A model generated the notes under the pieces. The model was not told the origin of the DNA and did no database searches. It saw only the letters and a list, made by a program, of their open reading frames with translations. Below, one piece after another: positions 37,182 through 48,900 of a DNA stretch of 64,000 nucleotides. Position numbers and translations under genes: made by a program. The stretch comes from Azolla caroliniana (Eukaryota > Plantae > Polypodiophyta), in NCBI GenBank assembly GCA_043228905.1, contig JBHGNT010000005.1, forward strand, positions 8,370,001 through 8,434,000, given 5' to 3'. Numbering within the stretch: position 1 is the first letter of the stretch; the number at the start of each line of letters is the position of its first letter.

Positions 37182-40100
37182 ATGGCTCCTCGAACTGTCG
37201 AAGAAGCCATCGCTTTCCTGCAGAAGAAAAGCACCACCAGCGGAGACTCTGTTTTCCTGCACTTCTCCCATCTCATCCAACAGGTAAGCATACAGAACAC
37301 TTTCTCTGTGATTTATCGATCGATCGAGAGAGAGAGAGATTGAGAGAGGGAAAATGGGTGTATGCTCAATTCCCACAGAATGACCTGAATTCAGAGAGGG
37401 AGTTCATTTTTCTCTTCTTGAGGTATTGGGTAATCCTGCCATAATTTAGATATCAGCAATGCTTTCGTGTTTGATGGTAGACTAGGCATATCTACGGAAG
37501 TTTAAAGGAGCATTTATTTGTCCATTGTGTTTATTGAATTCCTTGGCAGTGTGTTCTTTTTCCTGTCTATTGGGGATTCAGCATGTCCCATCACCCATGT
37601 GGCGGAGAAACTACCAATGTAGTTTTTTTCACATGCAACTATTATAATTGTGTGTTTTCACCAGAGAGAGAGAGAGTTGATACTTTGAGATGTCTATGTC
37701 AACTGTGTGGAGATCATGAATTTATGTGTTCAATATGCCTGATATAGCATGCGAATTAGGAGAAGTGATGTATGGTCTAGTTCCATGAGAGAGAGATCCA
37801 ATCAGGCTATGATGTAGATGTTTGTGCCAACTGTGATGAGATCATGGGGTCGTGTGTTGATACACCCAATATGACATGTTGTTTAGGAGAAGTGATATAT
37901 AATCTAGCTCCGTGAGAGAGAGATTGAATGATTTTTACATGTATTAGATTCTAGAAACAAAAGCCGAAGATGCGGTTGATCTTTTGGAGACTAGTATGCT
38001 TTTGAAGCAAACAAGATTTTTGACAGAAGAGAAAATCGTGCCAAGTTTAGTAAGGACTCCTGATGAAGAGAAGTTGGTGCAATCTTTTCTACAACTCTTC
38101 AAGTAAATAGCTAACAAATTGTAACGATCAAAACTTAATTTTGGTTTAAGATTAAGGTTACATATGTGTAAAGAAGAAACAAATGTCATCCTAGAAAGTA
38201 GTAAACCAAGTAAAGTTTCCATGTCCAGTACATATCTAACAATATTTTGGTATATGTATTTCTTGTGGTAAAACATAAATACTTTATATATTGGTTTCTT
38301 TGTAGATTAAAGAAATTTGAAATGAGCTATGTCACCAAACATTGCTTTGTCTTTGCTCTTTTTTCTTAAAGCTGTTAGTCCAGTTATCACTTTAGCATGT
38401 CTCAAATTTTAACTAATCTCTACCATAAATAAGAATAGCTTGTCCCTTAGCAGAAAGTATATGTGACCAATTTGTTAAGTTGGTTAGGATTACTGGAATC
38501 TTATTTTGGATTGAGGTTTTCTTTGTTCTCACCGTTTTCTCAGCAATGATACGATGTTCAATGAGTACGAAGTTTTAATTGTTGTTACCTGTATAATAAG
38601 GAAACAATGAAAACAGAAACGAGTTCTCAAGTTTCCAAAAAAGGGCAATGCAAAGGATCTCATCAACTATTCATATGCTGTAAACAAAATTAAGTATGCA
38701 GATTAAAATTTTAGTGACAATGTCACATCATAATGGCTGTAGAAAGGCTTATGCAAGAGAAAATGTAGATAACTGATGGCTGGGTTTTATACCTAAATTT
38801 GATCCTCTTTAGCTTGCTTTTTTCCACCTTTTTAATGTTGAAAGATGATTTCTGATTAATAGGAAAAGAAAGAAAGATATACTGAACCTAGTTTGGTACC
38901 TTGACAGGATATATTTTTGTGTTAGGCTTTTAGAAAACATGATGCAATAATATTGTAGATAGGATTCTAAAGCTAACACAAATATGGTAGCATGCACATG
39001 CATAAAATTTACTGCGAATGAATTGATATTTTTCTTTATCGTTAGTAATACCATGACAGTGCTATCTTTGCTTTGCAACAATGGGAGATGAGTGTATACA
39101 AATCCTCACAAAGAAAATTCTCCAATCATGGTGAAACAAATGTAATGTCTGGTTGATTTTTGCAAGATGTTAGATATGGTCACTTGTAAGTATGCTATAG
39201 AATTTGTTGTGGGATGAGATATTTAGAGAGATGGAGCAAGCCTAAAACTGGCATTGGTTCCTTCCTAGGTGTTTCTTTCGATGGTTCTATTATATGCACA
39301 TTTTGATGCGGTTGTGTTCCTGACATAAAGCTCATTGTGGTTATGATTGATTCCCCACATGAAGTTATTATATTATTGTATTAAAATGAATTGTAACTTC
39401 ATTATGCTTGTTTACATTCCCCACCCTTGCCAGGAAGCCTCCTATGGTGAAGGGCATTTCTCGTTTGTACTGGACAATTGGTTGTAGTTCCTGATGTTTA
39501 TCATATATAGACATCCTAAAGATTTAGAAGTTTGTTAATGTGGCAGGCTTCAATCAAAGCTTTTCTGCAAGTTTGGTTGATGCATTAAGTGAGCGTACAA
39601 AATTACCATATGTAGAAGCATGAGCATGCAAGACATGACCCTTGGTTGTGTTGAGGATGCATGACCTTCATCTCCTTTTATTATGCCTCTAATGCTCTCA
39701 TAATCTCATTGATTTCACTTATAGAACAAATATTTGTGCTCAGTAGAACATGCTTTTTGTCTATTGAGTAAGTATTACAGGTGCTAGAGAGAGTGGAATG
39801 GCTAAATATTGATATATATTTGACTTTATCAGCATCAAAATCAAACCTCCAGCTGATCCAGGGGGAGGGGAAGAAGAAGAAGAGGAGGCATCAGCTGATG
39901 AAAACAATGCTGAGGTGGCTGATTTTTGGAATGAAAGTACTTTTTTTGAAGCTGTGGGTGTTGGTGTCGGGCAGACAGAAAGCTATTACATTGTTTTGGC
40001 TATTAAGCAACTTTCATCGAAACCTGGGATATCAAAAGTTAGGTTCTTTGGGAAGTTCTATGGAACACAAGGGTATGTATGCTATTAATAACTCTTTCTT

Positions 40101-41925
40101 TCAACAAATTGTCATTGAGAATCCTTAAGTTTGCATTTAAGATATCCCTTTCGAAAAACCTGTATTTGGTAGGGTTTTAAAATATTGGCTTCTGCAGAAA
40201 TTACTTCATATTTGAAACAAACAAAATTGGGGATGAGGAGACAGAATCAGAGATGAACGAAAATCCACCAGAGTTTGGTAGACCAATTGATCCTATACCA
40301 AAAGAGATAGAAGGAACAAATGCATATTTATATTGGGCTTGTACCAGATTAGGTGAAGAATTTATGCGGTTGCCGGATGTCACACCATTGCAAATCAAGA
40401 CGGCTAGAGCTCTCACAAAGTTCCTAACTGGGAACCTTGATGTATTACAGCTTTCCTCTTACTTCATTGACATGCTGCAAGTTTTTAAAATGTACAGACA
40501 AACCACAATGCATTTAAGAAAATAGTGTATTTTGTCAAACACAAAAAACTATAATACTGCCAAAATTGATATGAGTGTATATTAGCAAGGGCAGGTATCG
40601 TTACAATTGTATGATAGCCATGAGTACAAGCGGATATCTAGAAGCAAAGAAAAATTAAATGCTTTTACAATAGGATAGCTGTGAAATTCAATGGTAGATT
40701 TTAGGGGGAATACTGGAACTTCAACACAGACCGTTATAAAATGAGATGCAGTTTTATCAAAATTGGCTTCTATATGGTGTGTGTATGTAATTTGAGGATT
40801 CAGGATTTCGTATTTAATCAATAATGTTTTTGTTTCTTGAATGAAGGCTGAGGTGTCTGCTTATCCTCCTTTCCCTGGAGTGGAGAAAAACTATTTGAGA
40901 GCACAGATCGCGCGCATATCAGCAACTACGGTTTTGGCTCCGAAGGATTACTTTGTGGTGAGCTACTGAATATTACCCATAATTCGGCACATATATAAAA
41001 AATTTCATCTTTATGGATGCTTGATAATGTTTCATTATTTCTGATGTGAAATCACCTTTTTGCTTTTTGTAAATTAGTTTGTAAATGAGTGTGTATATAA
41101 AAGCAAAAATCTTTATTGATGACATATTTTCACACAATCTTTCTGTGGTTTTAAACTATAAAATACATTTTAGATTTTGTAAGTTATTTACATTATCTCA
41201 TAGAGCTTTGGTATCCATTCAACTCATTATTTTAAGTACTCAAATGGGGCTCTATCATTTTTTTTCTTATTGTACATGGTTTATTCCGCTTAATACTAGT
41301 TTCCTTTCTTCTCTCTCTACTTTTGCAGCCTGAGGAGGCAGAGGAAGGAGCAGAACCAAGCGAGAAGATTGAGAGAAATGAAGAATGGACAATGCCACCA
41401 CTGGCTGAACTTGGCCAGTTAGATGCATGGGTGCATCAAAATCCTCATATCAAGAGACAAGGAAGATGTTCCTTATATATTCCTGAGGCTGAACCCGATG
41501 AAGAAGCCGAAGAAGAAGAGGTTGATGAAGAAATTCCCAAAGAAGAGGAAGAACCCGATGAAAGTCCAGAGATCTTGAGCTCGGTGGATAATGATGCAAA
41601 CATAATAGATGAAATAAAGCCGTGGTCAATCTCATTCAGTTCTTGTGTAGAAGGTTTGAAGCACAAAGTTGTATGTTTGAGATCTCTTCTATGGCCAGGG
41701 GCATATACAGTTTCAACTAAGAATGGATATAGCAATATATATATTGGATGGGGTATAAAGAATGCTCCTTATGAGCCTCCACTACCACCAGAGGTACAAA
41801 AAGAGTATGAAGGAGAATTAGTTGAAAGTGTGGAGTTACCTCCTATACCAGCACCAGAGGTGCCTACAGAAAGTGAGGCAGAGCATGACGAAGAAGGGGA
41901 ACAAGAAGAGGAGGAAGAAGACTAA
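37182..41925 (+). CDS. RSP4/6: Flagellar radial spoke head protein 4/6 (RSPH4A/RSPH6A family), about 482 aa, 6 exons
   Basis: Exons 37182-37283, 37948-38102, 39833-40072, 40198-40441, 40847-40957, 41329-41925 join in frame. Family motifs [23 protein letters not shown]...[64 protein letters not shown]; acidic tracts. Confidence 0.95.
37690..37922. repeat. Degenerate about 128-bp tandem duplication in RSP4/6 intron 1
   Basis: CAACTGTG..GAGATCATG...TTAGGAGAAGTGAT...GAGAGAGAG occurs twice. Confidence 0.7.
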
Positions 41926-44900
41926 ATTTTTGTGTTACATAGAGATGCCACAACCCAAAATCTTGTTGAGCCTGCACACCAAGAATTTGATCCAATAAAA
42001 GACCTTATTTTAGGCAGTGTATCAAATCATGCTAAGAAATATTTGTTTTTTATAAAGCCAAACAAGGCATAATTGTTCCTTCACCTGAAACGTACATTTT
42101 GCACTTTGTAGTCTTTGTGCGAGTGTGTGGTTCTTCATGATATATCTTCTTCTTGAGAATGTAAGCTCCCATTAGGTTGACTATTTATATGCATACTTGT
42201 AACTTCATCAAGTTATTATGTTCCCATGTTTAGTTTGCCATTGTATATAGCTTCTCTTGGTAAAAATGAAAATTCTATGTACTCCCCCATGTGTCACATT
42301 TACATTTCCAATCCAATTTAATGGGTAATTCCCCTTGAGATTATCAAATTTCCTAATGATTTCAAACGCAAGCATGTTATGAAAGGAATTCAGATTGTGA
42401 GAGCAATGTAAGTAAGTGTTACGATGAAGTGATATGGTAAAAAGCTAGGCATTCATATCTCTTTGACAAATCACTAGTATAGAACAAGGATAAATTAGGG
42501 ATAATAGATATCATTAGTAAATTAATTGGAGATCGAGGGAAAATGTTTATTGGGATACCATCAAAAACAAAGTCGCATGAAATTGTTGTCTTTGCAAAAT
42601 ATTCTTGGTAATGCTAGATGGCATGTACAAGACTTGGAAAAAATGGGAAAGCTATGTTATTAATGGAGGCTTTCATATAGTGTGTGCTTGTTGAGTTTGA
42701 GATTGAGTGGCTCATGGAGAATGTCCAAAAAGATTTGTAATACTTGGATTGGGAAATATATCAAGCGCATCCTAATAAAAGTGAAGTTGTTTCTATGTGT
42801 AAGCACGTCACGCAACCACGAATTTACACTTATGTTTGTATAGACCTTCATATTTTGATGTATTCATGTTGTGGAAGGACATACGATTAATTTAATATAG
42901 TAGCAAGTTCATTTTATTTGTCTTTCATGTTATATTTTGTTTTGGGAGAAACGAATCAAGTTCTATGCATTAGCGTCACTTTGTAAATCTCCTCCTCAAA
43001 TATATGAATATTTATGTTTCCAAGAAATAGTGCTTGGTATCGAAGTGAGAATCAACAACTATCATGAAATGCACATGCTATCATCTTTATACCATCATTT
43101 TGTCAAACTACAATTCTTGTACATGGTGGTTGGTGCAAATATTATTTTATTAACATCCATAACTCCAGTACTTCCTTTTGGTACATCTATAGATCCCCTT
43201 CATATTCTTGGATGTTTATAATTCGAGTCCATGATGTATTGAATATATTTCACATGTTTGCACAAAGTCCTTCATGAACTTTCTTATTCAAGAGCATGCA
43301 AAATTCTAGTTTCTCTACATCTTTAAAAATCCATGGTTTTTTCTTATTGGGGCTCATGTAGTTTGACAAATTTATATGGTTTACAAATTCATTAGTTCAA
43401 TCACGTTTCCCATGTCTACAACAATCTTGTGTGATTTTTCTTTATCCTAATACAACTAGACAACAAGTTTCTCCTAAAGGCTAAAACTATAATGTTACAA
43501 GTTCACTTGTCGCTTAAATAACCATGTTTTTTGTTTCTTTAGAAACTCTATGAGTGGAAGTTACATGTTATCGCCAACCTTTTCGATTCAAAAGTGACGT
43601 CCTTCCATAATAAATGAGATCACAATGGACCTAACTATTTGGTGAGCTTTATTGAGCAAATAAGAACAATTGATTGACCACACTAAATGAGTTAGACAAT
43701 AAGAAAAATAACATTTATGATTTTATTAGGTTTTCACAACTAGAGAAGATACTCGTGGCATCAATCATTACTCAATACATGTGTATAACATAAATAATTC
43801 TAGATATGAACAGAAATTACCCCATTCTCTTAATATAGGATTTTGAGTGAGAGAGAAAATTGTCAATAAATCATGTTAAAATGTGCAAATAGCTTCACTA
43901 TACTTAGAACAATCACGCTATTTCAAGAAAGGCGACAATTCACTAGCTAAATAAAATAAAATAGAAACACCAAGTCAAATTTGTTCATCCTCAAAACTAA
44001 CTTTCAAATATAGGCTTACTATCTAGGAAACAAAAAATGGTTAGTTATAAGAGCTCGTCTTTTAGAACCCCTTTTGGTAGTAAGAACTTTGAGCATACAT
44101 TACCCAATGCACACTAAATATTCTTGTTGTCTTCAATCATTTTTGCCAAATTAAGAAAATTTGTTATTAACATCTTCATAACTTGTGCTATAGGTTCAAT
44201 GCACTTGCACAATTTTGGTGAAGAAATATGATCAACAACTTGGCGGATAGATAGATATCTTTTTAACGAACACCATAGATTGATCTATGGAAAAAATAGA
44301 GAGGATGCAAATGATTATTTTGGCAATAATTAAACAAAGGTTCCTATCTTCAACATCAATTGCTCGATATAGTAAGATGAAAATGTTTGAGATCATCACT
44401 CTTAGATACATAGCCTTTATCTTTAGAATCTAGATTGCATCACCCAATATTTAATTGTCTCATGCATCTCACATTTGTAGGAATGAACGATATTGGGGTA
44501 AAGTCTTGGAGGCTTACTTCAACATCAACTTCAAGATGATCAAATTTTAAAGTAATTTACTTACAATACAAACTGTCGTTTGTAGTCACGCTCGGTCAAT
44601 TATCATGTTAGGTGCTACCGTTTCATTCTCATGTACAATATACATTTGTCTCACAAATACGAAATGAGATATGATGTAAATAATCTTACATGGGATGAGT
44701 TCTAAACATTCTAATACAATATTTTTTAGTTTACATGCATGGAGGCAATGTGAAATTGTCTTGGACCTATATTTGCCATGCTCTAATTCAATACATGTGT
44801 GTGAGAGAGCATGGTTGCCAATATATTTGTTTATTAGAGGTAGAGTATAATAAGGGATATGAAATTTCCTTTCAAAGGCTAAGTGAGGCAATCGGTAGAT

Positions 44901-45514
44901 GGCCAATAAGCTACTCACGATGTATGTGCATCATGAGGGTGGAAGACAAAAACCAAGTTGTATTTGACTTTGTATATGATCAGGGATTGTCATGCTCCAA
45001 AGGAAATTCCCTCTTAAGGCATTTGTCTTCCAAGTCTATGGTTTTAATTAACACATTTATCAAACAATTGGCATGACTCAGATTTTGCATTGATTGAAGA
45101 AATGAAAAACTATATGGTCTCGGGATGATCCAAAACCTAAACCTTGTACAATCCCCTTAGTTTACTAGATCTTTCCATGTACGTCAAACATCACGTACTA
45201 ACAACCACCAAAGAAAACAGAACTCCAAGGGGGGGGGGGGGGGGGGCTCGGAACAAGCGTGTTGACCCCATCTAGTAGCAAAACTTCAAAAGAGAATCAT
45301 GACAATAATCGCCAACTATACCATGGGCACTGTCCAATGCTTAGGTTTGATGTGACTATATAGGAAGGATTGTATGTGAGCTTCCCGACAGCCATCCCAT
45401 ACACACATGGTATGCACGTATGGTGCCCATGTAATGGCGAGGAGACATAAGCGCAACACGAAGCGGAATATGATTGTCGATCTAGACAGGCAAACAAGTG
45501 CTGATCTCTTGATC

Positions 45515-45545
<31 letters not shown>

Positions 45546-45921
45546 TGATGTGTGTGTGTGTGAAAGGATTTATGAGGAACCAGAAGAAAGTATTTATGTG
45601 GATATGGATCTCTCTGGGATCTCTGTGAGAGAGAGAGAGATATATATATATATATATATGTTGTTAGATTTCCCTTAGGCATCCAAAAGGGATCGAAAAC
45701 GCTAAAGTTTCTTCTTGATTGTGCGTTGAAGCCCAAAAACAAAAAAGCCATAATATCGGCTTTTTCTATGTGGGCGATTTATTCCTCTATTTTCTCTCTC
45801 TGTCTCTGTGTCTTTCTTTCTTTTCATAAGCAGGGCTGTACTATTTATCCCCTCATCCATCACGCCATAACCTTTTTTCAAATACCTCGATACACAGACT
45901 GTCGTCCAGATCTTATGAGCA

Positions 45922-45930
45922 AAACCCTAA
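45922..45930 (+). promoter_or_regulatory. Telo-box AAACCCTAA in the 5' leader of the PAT gene
   Basis: Exact motif ending 13 nt before the predicted ATG; function inferred only. Confidence 0.4.
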
Positions 45931-45942
45931 TCTTCCAATGAC

Positions 45943-48900
45943 ATGAGGATCATCTGTATGTATGTTGATTCTAAAAGAGTAACAACATCAAAAGTTTATT
46001 TCTTTGTTTTCCGCTGTCACGTATGCTTAACCTTTTTCAAACGCTATTTGTTTTCTTCTTCTTCTTCTTCTTCTTCTTCTTCTTCTTCCTCAGCTCTCCT
46101 TTCACGATGGAGGGTAAGGATCCTCATGATCGCATTGCACATCCTGTTTGTAGGATGCTTAGTTCTACTCGATCACGACTTGATTCTTCAAACTGTTCAA
46201 CATCCATGGTAAGTTCCTTCCTTTTCTGCCTTTTACAAAAAACATAATTCTTTTAGTTTCTTTTCAAATCTGCGTCTTTACTTATGGTTAAAAAAATGCA
46301 ATGTACTTCACACGTTTAATGAGGCCTTGCAATTAAAGCATATGATAAAATGGCTAAGATCAAGAAGCAGTATATGGACTTTGTTTGATAAAACTTAGAT
46401 TGTATAAATGCCCTTGATGAGTTTAACGAATTTTAGACGTTGAAATCTATGTGAAATGTCTTGAGTGACGAGATCAACGAGGTGTATATGGAGTTTGTGT
46501 TTTACGACTTGTAATGCATTTTATGGGTTTAATAGATTTTATTCATTGAAGTTTATATGAACTATCTTGATTGACAAGATTGACAAGGTCTCCATGGGTC
46601 TTATATGTTACGATTGCAATGCTCTTCACGAGTTTAATTAAATTTTAGACGTTGAAGTAAACGTGAAATGTCTAGATAAACAAGATCTAGAAGGTTTCAA
46701 TGAACTTTGGATGCTAAGGCTACTACTCCCTCGTGTGTTTAATGAGTTATGAAATGTCTTGATTGATAAGATAAAGGTGGTCTTCACGCACAACCTTCAT
46801 GACCTTGTTGAGATATGGCTAAAATGCATTAAACTACGAAGTTATTGCAGTCTAATGTTAGATAAGTGATCCCCTATGTTGATCACCATAGAAAGCTGTA
46901 AAGGACCTTTTGAAAATTAATATGGAATCTCCTCTAAAACAGTAGAGGTTCAATGCCATGCTTCCGTTTTTCCCACACAATTAGTGATTGGGCAGACTAA
47001 GAATTGTGTTTTTAATATCTTACAGTATCATATATATATATATATATATATATGTATATTAACACTATCTTAGAGGGAAAGTGCTATCACTTACTACCAT
47101 TAAGTCATGGAAAGTGAATTTTCTTAATGGCCATTTAACTATGCTACCTTTATGTTTTGATTATATTTCTTTTATTAGCATCATCTCTAAAAGATGAAAT
47201 CTAACGCATCAAGAATCTAAATTACAGGAGAAAATTGTATTTGTTATTTCAAATTTATCATTTAAAAAAGAGGTCTTTAATGTTGTCTCTTACTTTGGAG
47301 AATTTTTTTAAACAAAAGAAGGGAAGGAAAAATTTGCATTGTCCATCTTCTTAATTTATTAGTAGCAATAGTTGATAGGGATACTGCTTTATGTGTATAT
47401 AAATAGTTATGGTTCATAACATGTATCTGCTATTTTACAGGTATACCACTTGCTACTTACTCCTCGTTGCTTTGACACTCTGCCAGTATCTATTTACTGC
47501 AGGGTCTAACCCAGGGTATGTAAACTACCAAGTTGATACTCTTTACGTTTTTTTGGTCCTATATTTTTCATGTAGTCGTATATCTATGTTTCCGTTCGGT
47601 CTTTGGTGGTTTGTTGAAAAGTTATGGTCTTCTTCACATATGTGAGATAAGATGTCACATATTTGACCTTCACCATTTTGTTGATCCAACTGTCCTTTTT
47701 CCCAGATATGTTACAGATATGTTGAGGGACGAGCAAATAGCTGAAATTGACATGAAACGATCTAGGGATGTATCGGCAGGGTAATTTGTTGATTCTGTCA
47801 TTATACTATTTAAAAGATTTGCAGTTAATTCCCAAAATTGGATTCAGGAGTGTCATGGTATATATTAGGCTGCAATAGTGTGATAAGAAAGGTTGGCTGG
47901 CACACAATCACTATTAACAATTGTTAATAAGTGCAAATCAGAGTAAGAAGTTGTTGAAAGATGTTACACATTCAAACAAAATTGATATGGGGGAACCACT
48001 GTGAACATTTGAAACTTTAAGGGATGATAATGCTCTTTATAGAAAGAACCAAGTTTTGTATATTTTGAATGGTTTCTTGGTTTCAATTGTGAAGCTAGGC
48101 CCGGTTGGCTCAAATAAACTCTTAGGAATTTGTGTTTTCTTCCTTAATGGCAAAGAAAATGTTTTAACGATATAATATCTTTGCTGGATTGGAACATGCC
48201 TATAGCCAAACTTCTAATGCATCTTCAAGACATCAGCTTAAACGTTTCCTTCTATAATCTCATGCATTTCTCTTATCATACAAGGTTCTGATTATAACAT
48301 CATCTTTGTTAGGCAGTTCACAAAAACTGGACCGAGCTCGAGGGATTTCCAATTCAAGGCCAACTCTTTGGCTTGGTGCTAGCAGTAGTTCAATGTAAGA
48401 AAAATGTTGTCTTTAGATTTTCTATACAAGCTATTTTGAATCTCTGTTTGAAATATTGAGCTTCTTTAGATGATGCGATTGTACAATGGTGGTGAGGTAG
48501 TTAATTTATTGTGCCCTAAAATGAGCATAAAACATTCTTGCATGTGCCAGAAAACCTGTTTAGGAATTATATCGACTTGTTTGAGCAAGTTCGGTGAACC
48601 GGTATCCTATGCCCCGTGGATCCCGCAAGCTAGGGTCAGCCACTACACCCTTTATCCGTTGCCAACGGTCTCAACAGTGCTATTAATAACATTCATCACA
48701 GCTACTACAAAATGTAGACAACTGATTCTAAACTATGATCATGCAACCTACGCTTGTAATTGATTCTATTTTGGAAAAGCTCATGTTGCAGTACAGTATT
48801 AGCATTTTTTGACATCTAGAAAATGAAACAGGCCTGGAAATACATTAAGGGTAGTAGAACTGAAAATGGTTTTCATCTTACTAAACACTGATGAAAGCAG

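Noticed and set aside
42600-45100. Possible decayed transposon or LINE coding relics
   Set aside because: Only vague resemblance; no diagnostic motif could be read.
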